Below are positions 20,043 through 29,624 of a stretch of DNA of 64,000 nt, in pieces (the first letter of the stretch is position 1; the number at the start of each line of letters is the position of its first letter). Made by a program: the position numbers and the translations under genes. The notes beneath the pieces were generated by a model. The model worked only from the letters and a program-made list of their open reading frames with translations, was not told the origin of the DNA and made no database searches. This DNA comes from an uncultured delta proteobacterium (GTDB lineage Bacteria > Desulfobacterota > Binatia > UBA9968), in the NCBI GenBank assembly GCA_963804165.1, contig CAWDPO010000043.1, positions 288,001 through 352,000 of the forward strand, in the 5' to 3' direction.

Positions 20043-21032
20043 CTATGTGCCGCGGGTGGCTTCGGCGAACAAGGACTCGGTATCCGGCATCTTTCGAACG
20101 AGACCCTCCGAGTAAACTTCCTCGGCCACCATCTTCAGCATAAGCCGGTTGGCGGCGAGGCCGCTGGGGTAAGGGTCGTCTCCGAAGAGCTCTGTGACTT
20201 TGGCGAAATGATCGTCAGGAAACAATAGGTATCCACCCGCGGCCTGCCGCGCCCGCTTGTAAGCTTCCTGTTTTGATTGCTCGAACGCGCGGAAGACCTT
20301 CATCGGTAGATCGGGATATTGCGCGGCGAGCCGCTCTTGTATCATCAGGACGTGATTCACCGGGGTGATACCGGTCTTGGCGCGGAACGCGCCGACAATC
20401 TCCGTGGCATCGCCCGGTTTGAACAGCGGGCGCACGGAGGCGGACGGCCTAACGTCGGCCGAATCATTGTCACCGTAAGCCGCATCCACTTCGCCGCGCT
20501 GCAGCAAATCGTTGAGCGATTCGCGCCCATCGAGCCGGCGCAACCGGATATCCGGCGCGAGAAAGTCCGTTGCCCCCTGACCATGGGTATGGGATGCCGG
20601 CCGGCCGTTGATCCAATCCACGTCCTGAGGCGTGATACCGTAGAGGTGGCGCAACACGATGCGCATCCATACGGCCGCCGTCATCTGGAAGTCGGGAACG
20701 CCGAACCGCTTGCCCTTCAAATCGGCGAGACTGCGAATACCCGAATCGACATGCACGTAAATATTTAAATGCAGCCACATGGTCGCCTTCGAGAGAAAAA
20801 TGGGAATCGCCTGCCAGCGCAGTCTCCCGCCTTGCTCGGGTCGATCGCGCACGATCAGAAAGTTGGAAAGGGAAAACTCGAATACGTCGCACGCGTCGTC
20901 ATTCATGTGCTTCAGATGCAAGGAAGCGGGACTACCCCTTTGCCATTCGCACTCTGCGCCTTCGATTTGTACCGTGCCATCGGCAAGGGGTTGAACCCGC
21001 GGGTTGTTCGAGAAAGCACACTTCAAGCGCAT
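20043..21032 (-). CDS. 4,5-dihydroxyphthalate decarboxylase-like protein (periplasmic-binding fold, no signal peptide)
   Basis: DVFEFSLS, AIPIF, LKGKRFGVPDFQMTAAVW, GITPVNH, DDPYPSGL. Confidence 0.8.
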   Translation of the reverse strand: MRLKCAFSNNPRVQPLADGTVQIEGAECEWQRGSPASLHLKHMNDDACDVFEFSLSNFLIVRDRPEQGGRLRWQAIPIFLSKATMWLHLNIYVHVDSGIRSLADLKGKRFGVPDFQMTAAVWMRIVLRHLYGITPQDVDWINGRPASHTHGQGATDFLAPDIRLRRLDGRESLNDLLQRGEVDAAYGDNDSADVRPSASVRPLFKPGDATEIVGAFRAKTGITPVNHVLMIQERLAAQYPDLPMKVFRAFEQSKQEAYKRARQAAGGYLLFPDDHFAKVTELFGDDPYPSGLAANRLMLKMVAEEVYSEGLVRKMPDTESLFAEATRGT

Positions 21033-21131
21033 ATTATCCTCCGGCGAATAATTTTGATCTCATCCTCTGCCTAATGAACCACCCCAGATGCTGGGTGTCA
21101 GAGCTGAGCGATGGCAATTGGCTCCTAGGAG

Positions 21132-21206
21132 CCCCCCCGGGAATATTTTTATCGGGGTCCAGTTCCGATCTCGCCCGGATTCCCGCTAAAAACATGCGGG
21201 AATGAC
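21132..21206. repeat. REP-like element, GGATTCCCGC..GCGGGAATGAC family
   Basis: attcccgc-taaaaacat-gcgggaatgac hairpin; related to 41143-41251. Confidence 0.6.
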
Positions 21207-21262
21207 GGACTCTGGGAAGCCCGACTACATACAGCCAAGCTGGGCGAAATTAGACACAGTGA

Positions 21263-22216
21263 TTAAAAAGACACTTCCCGTCCCAATCCGAGTTTTCTTG
21301 CCTGCTGCAGAATCCAGTTGCAGAAGGCTACGTCTCCCCAGCCGCCTTGGGATTCCCTGAAAACGGTGATTTCCTCTCGATGCTTTCGCCCGCCCCGGCC
21401 GCAAATGACGTCGCCCAACTCCAGGACTCTTGGCCAAAATCCCGGCTCCTCTTTGAGTTCCAATAAAGGCTGCCTGAAGCCTCTGCTGAGGTCGAGGTTC
21501 AGTTCCTGCTGTTTGTCTCCGACCACGGTGAGCGCCGCGCGTCGGTAAGCCGCCGGAGCCAATTCGCTCGGCCGCCCCATACTGTTCACATGCAACCCGT
21601 CCTCCATGGCTGCGGGATCAAACACCGGCTCTTTGGAATTAGTGGCCACGAGCAGGATATCGCTTCCCCGCACGGCTTCCTCTGCATTCGCACAGCGTGA
21701 AACATCCATGCTCAAGGCCGAACCCGCTTGCTCGGCAAAACGATTTCCATGACCAGGGTCCCTGCTGTAAACCTTGATCTTTTTCACGGGGCGAACACAG
21801 ACAACACCTTCCAGCAAGCTGAGAGCATTTTGCCCGGTGCCGATGAGGCCGACTACCTCGGCATTCTGTCGAGACAGCGTTTCAGTTGCCAAACCCACCA
21901 CGGCACCGGTGCGCAATTCGCCCAACGGGAAAGACATGACCGCCAGGAGCTCGCCGGTGTCGGCATGGCAGATTACCGCAAGCGAACCACCCGACTTAAA
22001 GCCCGCGGCTTTGGTCAACCGCGCGCCTATGAGGTTGCTGTCCAACAACGCCCCTTGGACTATTCGCAAAGCGCCGTTGGCCACGTGGAGCATCGTCGGA
22101 GCCTTGGATAAAACCCGCCCTTTGCCTTGTTCGACAAACGCGGCCCTGGTGACTTCGATGGCTGTCTTCAAGTCCAGCAGCCCCTCCACCTCGTGTCGCT
22201 CCAGGAGTAATGCCAT
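21263..22216 (-). CDS. Ornithine cyclodeaminase/mu-crystallin family protein
   Basis: LRTGA, IGTGQNA, VYSR, HVNSMG, ITVFRESQG. Confidence 0.9.
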   Translation of the reverse strand: MALLLERHEVEGLLDLKTAIEVTRAAFVEQGKGRVLSKAPTMLHVANGALRIVQGALLDSNLIGARLTKAAGFKSGGSLAVICHADTGELLAVMSFPLGELRTGAVVGLATETLSRQNAEVVGLIGTGQNALSLLEGVVCVRPVKKIKVYSRDPGHGNRFAEQAGSALSMDVSRCANAEEAVRGSDILLVATNSKEPVFDPAAMEDGLHVNSMGRPSELAPAAYRRAALTVVGDKQQELNLDLSRGFRQPLLELKEEPGFWPRVLELGDVICGRGGRKHREEITVFRESQGGWGDVAFCNWILQQARKLGLGREVSF

Positions 22217-22246
22217 GAAAGGAACGTTCCTACCACCTAAGATTGT

Positions 22247-23365
22247 TTATTGCGGCTTGCTTTTGCTGCCGAGAGCGTCGTCGATAATCTTGACTGCGGG
22301 TTTCACGTCCATGAATTCGGGTCCTTCGACAAAAAAATACTTTCGTCCCGCCGCCCGCCGCGCCGCCACGGGAACCTTGTCTTTGGGAATGTCGACTCGC
22401 AGCGAATCGCGATCACCGTGGCTCTCCTGATAGACGATCTGGCCCCGGCGGGAAAGATACCAGTTGATAAAAACCTTCGCGCTATTTGGATGAGGCGCCT
22501 TATTCATCAAGGCCATGGCGCTGGCGCTGCCGCGCAGTCGCGGCATTTCTTTGAGATCGTTGGGATTGACGCTATCGACGGGAAGTCCCTGCGCCTTTGC
22601 TTTGTCGGCGATATCCTCCCGACAAAAGACGCACAGAGCGACTTTGTTGGTCGCCACCCAGTCGATGGCTTGTTGCGGCTCGCGACTGAGCACGACATTC
22701 ATCTCGCCGAAAAGCCGCCGGATAAACTCCGGACCCAGGTCGGGATGATAAAACACGTAGCGCAATTCGCTCGCGCCAAAGCCCGGCTCGCGCGCGTCGA
22801 GCGAGACGATTCTTCCCTTCCATTTCGGATTGAACAGATCCAAATAGGACTTGAATTCCGCCGCTTTCGCCACTTGGGTGTTGTAACTGATCGTGAAGCC
22901 GGACACGCTCCCTTCATTGACAAAAATGTACTTGCGCTCGGGCTCGATGTAGAAGTGCTTCCCCTCCCACCACAGCGAAGGGTCTACGACCTCGGGCAGC
23001 ACGAGGAGTGGAGCAAGAGGATCGAACAGTTTGTTCTGATAAAAACTGTAAAGCGACGTGGGGCCGCCCATGTATACGTCCGCTAAATATTTGCCGGCTC
23101 TTCGCTCGGCCAGCAGTCGCGGCGACATGCGGCTGCTGTTGCCGTGGACGACGTCGAGCTTGATCTGGGGATAGTCCTTTTGAAACTCGGCGAAGATCTG
23201 CGGATGGTAAGGGCCCAGCGCGGCATAGATTTGAAGCTGGCCTTCCTGCTTCGCCGCTTGAATGGTTTTTTCCCAGTCCGATTGCCAGGCCGCTTTCTCG
23301 GCGGCGGTGCTTTTCCCGACTAGGAATGAAATAACCACGAGAAGGAAAAATGCCGTGCGGTTCAT
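22247..23365 (-). CDS. ABC extracellular solute-binding protein
   Basis: Signal peptide; WEKTIQAAKQEG; APHPNSAKVFINW; close paralog of 30722-31903. Confidence 0.9.
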   Translation of the reverse strand: MNRTAFFLLVVISFLVGKSTAAEKAAWQSDWEKTIQAAKQEGQLQIYAALGPYHPQIFAEFQKDYPQIKLDVVHGNSSRMSPRLLAERRAGKYLADVYMGGPTSLYSFYQNKLFDPLAPLLVLPEVVDPSLWWEGKHFYIEPERKYIFVNEGSVSGFTISYNTQVAKAAEFKSYLDLFNPKWKGRIVSLDAREPGFGASELRYVFYHPDLGPEFIRRLFGEMNVVLSREPQQAIDWVATNKVALCVFCREDIADKAKAQGLPVDSVNPNDLKEMPRLRGSASAMALMNKAPHPNSAKVFINWYLSRRGQIVYQESHGDRDSLRVDIPKDKVPVAARRAAGRKYFFVEGPEFMDVKPAVKIIDDALGSKSKPQ

Positions 23366-23410
23366 AGCACAGTCTCCAAAACTATCTTCTGGAGCTTGGG
23401 GATATCCGGA

Positions 23411-23437
23411 CCATCACTCCAGTACTCCATTACTCCA
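23411..23437. repeat. 8-mer tandem repeat (ACTCCAnn)
   Basis: ccatc actccagt actccatt actcca. Confidence 0.7.
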
Positions 23438-23448
23438 TCTCCTGCACC

Positions 23449-24534
23449 TTACCGATAGGCGCCTAACACGCCAACTGCCGATTGCAAAAATCTCAGATCC
23501 ACCATCCGGTTGACATCGACTTTCGTGCCGATCAATCCCCGCTGATGATACCATTCCTGGTCGTCCTGGATTTCTTTCACGTTCACGTCGCCGTTGGGCG
23601 GCGAGTCTTGGGCAGCCAAACCGGTCTTGAGCGACTTTTTGTCTTGGACCCGCAGGTGTCTGCCGACCAAATCCACGATTTCATCCAGAGATTCCTTTTT
23701 TCTGGTAACGGCATCATGAAAATCGCGCTGGCCCTTCAAAAAGCCGTGCATAAACCGCTCCGCCGTCTTGGGCCGGCTGCGGATGAACACATCCGAATAA
23801 AAAAGATTGTTGGTCATATGGCCGGGAAAGAAATCCGCCAGATCGGCGACGACAACGGCGACGCCGCTGTCTTCCACGGCGCTGGCAAAGGGTTGAACCA
23901 TAAATGCCGCGTCGATAGCGGATCGCGATAGCGCGTTCGCCATATCGGTAAACGGCATGACTCGGATCGTGACCTCGCTTTCCTTGAGACCGGCCTTTCT
24001 GAGCAGCCCGTCGAGAAACAGACGCGAGGCGCCTCCGGCGCTATTGAGGGCGATGATTTTACCCTTGAGATCTTTTAGCGTCGGTGCTTTCCCCGGTTCC
24101 AGTAAGGAGCGGCGCACAAGATATTTCGCGGTGCGCCCCTGCCCCACTCTCGATTTGGTCGCGACGATTTTCAGTCCTATACCGGCGGCCACCGCATTGT
24201 AGATTCCCGGACTGATACTGCCGCTGCCCGCATCCAGCTCGCCGGTGGTCAAGGCGGCCATCTGGGGTCCACCCGATGAGCTAAAAAAGATTGTCTCGAC
24301 GGAGATCCCCAGATCCTGAAAATAACCGCGCTCCTTGGCGACAAAAATGCCGGCATCGGCATTGATCATCAACAAAGCGACCTTGACTTTTTCCTGTCCG
24401 GCAACGCTGATGGGCGCCAATAAAAAAAGGCAAACACAGAAGAATTGGAGTAATGGAGTGTTGGAGTGTTGGAGTAATGGGCGGGGTATCGGAGCATTCC
24501 AGTATTCCATTACTCCATCACTCCATCTCCCCAT
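23449..24534 (-). CDS. ABC substrate-binding protein, NMT1/SsuA family
   Basis: IFVAKERGYF, DLKGKIIA; N-terminus encoded by octamer repeats. Confidence 0.88.
   Translation of the reverse strand: MGRWSDGVMEYWNAPIPRPLLQHSNTPLLQFFCVCLFLLAPISVAGQEKVKVALLMINADAGIFVAKERGYFQDLGISVETIFFSSSGGPQMAALTTGELDAGSGSISPGIYNAVAAGIGLKIVATKSRVGQGRTAKYLVRRSLLEPGKAPTLKDLKGKIIALNSAGGASRLFLDGLLRKAGLKESEVTIRVMPFTDMANALSRSAIDAAFMVQPFASAVEDSGVAVVVADLADFFPGHMTNNLFYSDVFIRSRPKTAERFMHGFLKGQRDFHDAVTRKKESLDEIVDLVGRHLRVQDKKSLKTGLAAQDSPPNGDVNVKEIQDDQEWYHQRGLIGTKVDVNRMVDLRFLQSAVGVLGAYR
24445..24527. repeat. Inverted pair of 8-mer tandem repeats (TGGAGTnn / ACTCCAnn)
   Basis: tggagtaa tggagtgt tggagtgt tggagtaa ... ttccagta ttccatt actccatc actcca. 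Confidence 0.8.
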
Positions 24535-24543
24535 GATCCCACC

Positions 24544-25551
24544 CTAAGCCTTCTCGCCGAACGGCGTATTGGTATCGTCGTAGCCGTAATCATAGTGAGT
24601 CATGTCGCTGTCCAACGGAGTGCCGCCGACAAAATGAAAAGCGTTGTTGTCCCAGTCGTAGAAGTAAGTCCCGCGCGCGTGAGCGCTCTTTCTAAGCCCA
24701 AGCGCGATCTGTCCGTGCAGCTCGGTCCGAGGCGGCAGTGTTTTCTCATCGACCGGCGCGCCTTCGGCGGCAGAAAACGGCACATACTCCGACTCAGGCA
24801 AATTGTCCCAGAGGCCCTTGTAGCCGATCATGAATTCGTCATTCATCACGGTCAGTGCACGGTGATTGCCGTACCAGACGTTGTGGCCGCCGGTGCGCTC
24901 GTCTAATGCATCCACCTGCTGGTAGATGATCCGGCCGCCGCCCATGAGACGAAGCGCGAGCTTGTCCTTGGGGACATCCGCGCTCTTGATCGGGTCCACG
25001 CCGAGGAAGCGGCCGTAAAACTCGGTGGTGCGGCTAATATCCCGTGACTCGAGCACAGCGTGAGAGATGCGGCCGATTCGCGCCGGATTATCGGCTTCCA
25101 TCGCGCCGGCGGGCATCTGCCTTGGCGCCCAAAACTCATATTGATTCCCGTCCGGGTCCTCGAAGTGAATTGCCGTCCCCTCTTCGCCTTCAACGGAAGT
25201 TTTGATCGGATTGGTGTGCGGCACGTTGTGCTGGTCGAGGCGCCGCAGATGTTTGTCGACGTCGCCGGCGCGCACGAAGTAGCCGTGGCGCGGCGTACCT
25301 TTCCCGAGTCCTTGCGTCGGCGGCAGCATCTTGTCCTGCAGGAAGCTGCCAACGCTGTGATAGTGCCCGACCTTGGAAAAGACCCCGATGGGAACCCGGC
25401 GCTGCCGCGCCTTGGTCGTCAGCGGCAGCTGATGATAGAACACACCGCCCAAAATGTTCTTGATAAAATCAAGACTCTTCGGCAGATCGTTGGTCGGAAC
25501 AACGTAATGATCGATCCAGAAAACCGCTCCCGGCCGATGTTCTCTGCTCAT
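24544..25551 (-). CDS. Two-domain VOC family protein (glyoxalase/extradiol dioxygenase superfamily)
   Basis: IDHYVV, FEDPDGNQYE, ISHAVLE, YFYDWDNN repeated modules. Confidence 0.8.
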   Translation of the reverse strand: MSREHRPGAVFWIDHYVVPTNDLPKSLDFIKNILGGVFYHQLPLTTKARQRRVPIGVFSKVGHYHSVGSFLQDKMLPPTQGLGKGTPRHGYFVRAGDVDKHLRRLDQHNVPHTNPIKTSVEGEEGTAIHFEDPDGNQYEFWAPRQMPAGAMEADNPARIGRISHAVLESRDISRTTEFYGRFLGVDPIKSADVPKDKLALRLMGGGRIIYQQVDALDERTGGHNVWYGNHRALTVMNDEFMIGYKGLWDNLPESEYVPFSAAEGAPVDEKTLPPRTELHGQIALGLRKSAHARGTYFYDWDNNAFHFVGGTPLDSDMTHYDYGYDDTNTPFGEKA

Positions 25552-25610
25552 AGACTTTCCTCCTTACGATCAAGACTCGAGAATAGTTGATGAGAGCCCC
25601 CCGGACGCTA

Positions 25611-25757
25611 GAGACTGCGTCGTAATCCGCGCAACCTCTTGATGTCATCCTGAGCAAAAGGGAAGGATCTCGTCCGAGTTCAGTCGAGATTCTTCCGCGG
25701 AGTTTATCCTGAGCAGCATCGTCGAAGGGCCTCAGAATGACATTACGACACAATCTC
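25611..25757. mobile_element. MITE-like element with 16-bp terminal inverted repeats and REP-like core
   Basis: TIRs GAGACTGCGTCGTAAT / ATTACGACACAATCTC (14/16); core TGTCATCCTGAG..GAAGGATCTCG..CGAGATTCTTC..CTCAGAATGACA. Confidence 0.7.
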
Positions 25758-25824
25758 TCTATTCCGGGGAGAAGCCACCATCTTCCATCTCAATCCTCCA
25801 TCTTCAAGCAATTGCTCACTTGCC

Positions 25825-27015
25825 CTATGTGATCGAAATCATCCCGTGGCGACGCTTGAAAATCACTTCCCCGCCGCGGTCGGTCACGCGCACACAACCA
25901 CCCCAGACAAAGCGAATCTGCTCATCCGCGCTCATCGCAATCGGCTTCCAAGCCCAGGCGTTGCCCTTCTCCATGCGCAGGTCACCAACTTGCTCGGCGT
26001 GAGAGCGCGGACTGAGGGAGGGTCCGTCGTCGCCGTAGCCGCACCCATGCATAAAGACCGCCGTTTTCATGCCGCGCTTGGCGCCGAACCCGTTGACGAA
26101 ACTGATAAACTCGCCGAACCGAGTTCCCGGCTTCATCAATTCCAGCCCCGCTTGGAAAACTTCCCTTTGCAGCTCGATCACGGCCTGCCATTTGTCGGGA
26201 ATCCGCCCGAGCAAAATCGGTTGCGATTCTTGAACCAGTTGCGCTCCTGATATTGCGCTGACTTCGTTGGTGATAAGCGCATTGCTTTCAAGGCGCGTAC
26301 CGATGGGCGGATTGGTGTAGCGCGTCGGTGCCAACGCGTCGATGGAATCCATCGACAGAACCAAGGGATGGTATTCACTGCGCAGTTCCAACATTCGCTC
26401 CGTGACCGCGGCGTAAAGCAGCGCGCCGTCCAATCCCGGCCGCGCCAATCTAGCCATTTCATCGATGCCCGCTTCGGCAATCGACGCCGCCCGCTCAAGG
26501 AATGATATTTCCTCCTCGCTTTTGCAGTAGCGAACGAACCCGACCACGTCGGTGGCATCGTCAAAGGTGGCATTGGGCAACCTGCGCATCACCTCGGTGA
26601 ATGCCGTGTGGTTGACCACTCCATCGGGGGCGCCGACGTGCGTGACCTTGCCGCCCTGCAAGCCGACGACGCCGATGCGCGCCCGTTCCATCCCGGCATC
26701 GAGAAGCGCTTCGCTCATCGGCTCGGCCCATTCTCGACTGGTCTGCCAAGGCTGCGGCGCCCATTCGTTCTTTGAATTACGGTCGGCAATAATGATCGGC
26801 TCGCGTCCGTCCGTCGGCAGAACCAACGAAGAACAGCGAAGCTGAGTCAGGTATCGTCCGTCGATGCCATTGCCGAGCGGCACAAAAATACAATCGAAGC
26901 CCGCCTTCGCCGCATTCTCCCTTACAGCCCGCCAGCGCCGATCGCGCTCCGCCAGCGAGTAGCCGGCCCAGATAAGCACCGTCGGTCCGGACGTTTGTGG
27001 TGGCTTCCACGGCAT
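25825..27015 (-). CDS. M24 (Xaa-Pro peptidase/creatinase fold) protein, paralog 1
   Basis: Creatinase-type N domain; RYCKSEEEI; MHGCG; VRVTDRGGE. Confidence 0.85.
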   Translation of the reverse strand: MPWKPPQTSGPTVLIWAGYSLAERDRRWRAVRENAAKAGFDCIFVPLGNGIDGRYLTQLRCSSLVLPTDGREPIIIADRNSKNEWAPQPWQTSREWAEPMSEALLDAGMERARIGVVGLQGGKVTHVGAPDGVVNHTAFTEVMRRLPNATFDDATDVVGFVRYCKSEEEISFLERAASIAEAGIDEMARLARPGLDGALLYAAVTERMLELRSEYHPLVLSMDSIDALAPTRYTNPPIGTRLESNALITNEVSAISGAQLVQESQPILLGRIPDKWQAVIELQREVFQAGLELMKPGTRFGEFISFVNGFGAKRGMKTAVFMHGCGYGDDGPSLSPRSHAEQVGDLRMEKGNAWAWKPIAMSADEQIRFVWGGCVRVTDRGGEVIFKRRHGMISIT

Positions 27016-27097
27016 AAAGAGTGACTCTTTCAGTCTAGAGTCGCGGGTTTCGAGTTGAACATGAATACCCGAGACGCGAAATCCGAAACAATCTTTT

Positions 27098-28312
27098 CTA
27101 AGTGATCGAAACCATTCCCGGTGTACGTTTCACCAGCGGCTCGCCGCCCTTCTCGGTGACCAGCACGCAGCCACCCCAACTCATCTCGAAGTTGCCGTCT
27201 CGGCTGTGCGCAATCGGCTTCCAAATGAAAACGTTTCCCTGCTCTATCTGCGCATCACGGTTGCGCTCGCCGCGATCCTGCGGCGTAAACAGCGGCCCAT
27301 CGTCGCCGTAACCGCGGCCATGCATCAGCGTGAGAGTTTTCATGCCACGCTTGGCGCCAAAGCCGTTGGCAAAATCCATCAACTCGCCAAAGCGTGTTCC
27401 CGGCTTTATGAAATCCAATCCCGCCAAGTACAGATCGCGCTGGAGTTCGATGGCGGGCTGCCATTCAGCGGGAATCGGCCCCAACAATATAGGCTGTTGC
27501 TCCTGGGCAACCAGCCCGCCCCAGAGCGCGTCCACTTCGTTGGCGATCCGATACATCGGTTGCAGGGTTCGATCGATCGGCGGATCCTCGAAGCGGGGCA
27601 ACCGGCCCGCATCATGCGGCCCGGTATAAAGCGCCATAGGATAATAGCCGCTCCCGAGCTCCAACATCCGGCGCATGACGCGCGTGTACAAAACTCCTTC
27701 GTCAACTCCCGGCCGGGCAAGCTCGATCATTTTTTCGATGCCCGCAGCAGCGATCGCCGCGCCCCGCTTTAGGCACGCGATCTGTTCTTCGCTCTTGACG
27801 TAGCGCGCACGCCCCAACACGTCCGTCGCGTCGTCAAACCTTGCATTAGGTAACTGTCGCAAAACCTCGGCATAGGAGCTGTGATTGATCACCCCGGCGA
27901 TTGCCCTGCCGTGAGTGAACGTCCCCCGCCTGAGCCCCGATACGCCGATGCGCGCGCGTTCCATTCCACAATCGATCAAGGCCTGAGCCATGGTTTTTCC
28001 CCATGAACCCCCGACCAGCAGAATTTCCGCGACCCAATTGTTGCCCGCTTCTTGATCGGCAATAACGATGGGAGCGCTCCCATCCGTAGGCAGGATCACC
28101 GCGGCATTATTCATCTCCGTGAGAAACCGGCAGTCGGAACGCGCGCCGCGCGCTTGCTCGAGCGAAAGGTGCAAGTTCTTGCCGTCGATGCACAGCGGCA
28201 CAAAGATGCAATCCAACCCCGCTTTCGCCGCATGCGCGCGCACGGCTTGCCAGCGCCAATCGCGCTCCGCGAGAGAGTAACCTTTCCATGTGACATCCGC
28301 CGGTGTTTCCAT
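27098..28312 (-). CDS. M24 (Xaa-Pro peptidase/creatinase fold) protein, paralog 2
   Basis: RYVKSEEQI; MHGRG; VLVTEKGGE; the upstream ATG at 28342 lies inside a MITE TIR, so 28312 is preferred. Confidence 0.85.
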   Translation of the reverse strand: METPADVTWKGYSLAERDWRWQAVRAHAAKAGLDCIFVPLCIDGKNLHLSLEQARGARSDCRFLTEMNNAAVILPTDGSAPIVIADQEAGNNWVAEILLVGGSWGKTMAQALIDCGMERARIGVSGLRRGTFTHGRAIAGVINHSSYAEVLRQLPNARFDDATDVLGRARYVKSEEQIACLKRGAAIAAAGIEKMIELARPGVDEGVLYTRVMRRMLELGSGYYPMALYTGPHDAGRLPRFEDPPIDRTLQPMYRIANEVDALWGGLVAQEQQPILLGPIPAEWQPAIELQRDLYLAGLDFIKPGTRFGELMDFANGFGAKRGMKTLTLMHGRGYGDDGPLFTPQDRGERNRDAQIEQGNVFIWKPIAHSRDGNFEMSWGGCVLVTEKGGEPLVKRTPGMVSIT

Positions 28313-28329
28313 CTGCGCTTCTCGCTGGG

Positions 28330-28615
28330 GAGACTGTGTCATAATGTCATCCTGAGGCCCCTTCGGCTTCGCTCACGATAAACTCCGTTGAAGGACCTCG
28401 CTTTTTGTAACGTGTGAAACGGTCGAGATTCTTCACTGCCGTCAGACGGTGTGAAAATGGTACGACTCGGCTCACCACGAACGGGGTGGCTTCGCTAGAA
28501 ATGAAGCATTTATCCGTTCGCCCTGAGCTTAGTCGAAGGGCTCCGATAGAGTTTTTACACGGTCTGTCGTTCAGAATGACATCTCCGCTCAATTTCACGA
28601 TTACGACACAGTCTC
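28330..28615. mobile_element. Composite MITE-like element with nested insertions
   Basis: TIRs GAGACTGTGTCATAAT / ATTACGACACAGTCTC (15/16); inner element 28443-28566 with its own TIRs; inverted GGAGTTTATC module at 28360-28387. Confidence 0.75.
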
Positions 28616-28639
28616 AGTTTCGCGCCAATACTTCTCAAC

Positions 28640-29617
28640 TCATCGCGGCGGTGCCAATCGGGGCTTGAGCTCCTCCACCAGTAAACGCATCTGCTTCAAC
28701 GGGTCCTGCGTGATCACCCGCGCCACGATCGTCGTCAAGCCGGCGTCGACATAGGGCTGTAGCTTTTGCGCGCATTCTTCCGGCGTGCCAAAAAACGGCG
28801 CGAGATGGCTCAACTTGGCGCGCGGCTGGCGAAAATATTTTTCCGCCAGGCTCCAGCCTTCTTCCTGCGCGCTCTCTGCGCCGGAACCAAGATGGAAAGT
28901 TGCAAACAATGCCGACGGGATCGCTTCGCCGCAACGACCAGACTCTTTCGCGTAGCCGTCGATTTTCCGGCGGCGCGCGCCGAACTCTTCCGCTGTGTGC
29001 GCCACGGTAAACCAGCCGTCGCCAAGCGTGGCGACGCGCCGCAAGGCATTTTCGTTTTCGCCGGCTGCCAGCCAAATAGGGATCGAGCTTTGAACCGGCT
29101 TGGGCTCGATGGCGATTTCGTCAAAACGATAGTATTTTCCTTCAAAAGAAAGCGGATCTTCCGTCCACAAGCGCCGAATCAATCGGATGGATTCGTTAAG
29201 GCGGCCGGCCTTTTGGTGAAACGGCACGCCGCAGGCTGCGAATTCTCGCTCCGCATAGGGATACTGGTGGCCGGAGCTCACGCCGATAATGATCCGACCA
29301 CCGGAAATCACATCCAACGTCGCCACTGCGTGCGCCAACAAGACCGGATTGCGCAATGCCATAATGAGCGGCACTGTGCCGATTCTTATCGTGCTCGTCT
29401 TTGCCGCCAAAGCTGCCATGACCGTTAGGCAATCCGCGTGAGCTCGATCCAGTAATGAAAGTCGCGGGCTGTCCCCCACCCAGACGTGACTGAAGCCAAG
29501 CTCTTCCGCTTGAGCCGCGGTCAGCCAAAGGTCCGCCACGTGAGACGAAGCCTCGCCTTTACGTATCAAGTGACGCGTGTGGAGGAGCAGACCGAACTCG
29601 ACGCCGGAATTGGACAT
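28640..29617 (-). CDS. LLM class flavin-dependent oxidoreductase (luciferase-like)
   Basis: AEELGFSHVWVGD, RNPVLLA..ATLDVISGGR, PIWLA, LGDGW. Confidence 0.92.
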   Translation of the reverse strand: MSNSGVEFGLLLHTRHLIRKGEASSHVADLWLTAAQAEELGFSHVWVGDSPRLSLLDRAHADCLTVMAALAAKTSTIRIGTVPLIMALRNPVLLAHAVATLDVISGGRIIIGVSSGHQYPYAEREFAACGVPFHQKAGRLNESIRLIRRLWTEDPLSFEGKYYRFDEIAIEPKPVQSSIPIWLAAGENENALRRVATLGDGWFTVAHTAEEFGARRRKIDGYAKESGRCGEAIPSALFATFHLGSGAESAQEEGWSLAEKYFRQPRAKLSHLAPFFGTPEECAQKLQPYVDAGLTTIVARVITQDPLKQMRLLVEELKPRLAPPR

Positions 29618-29624
29618 GGAAAAT

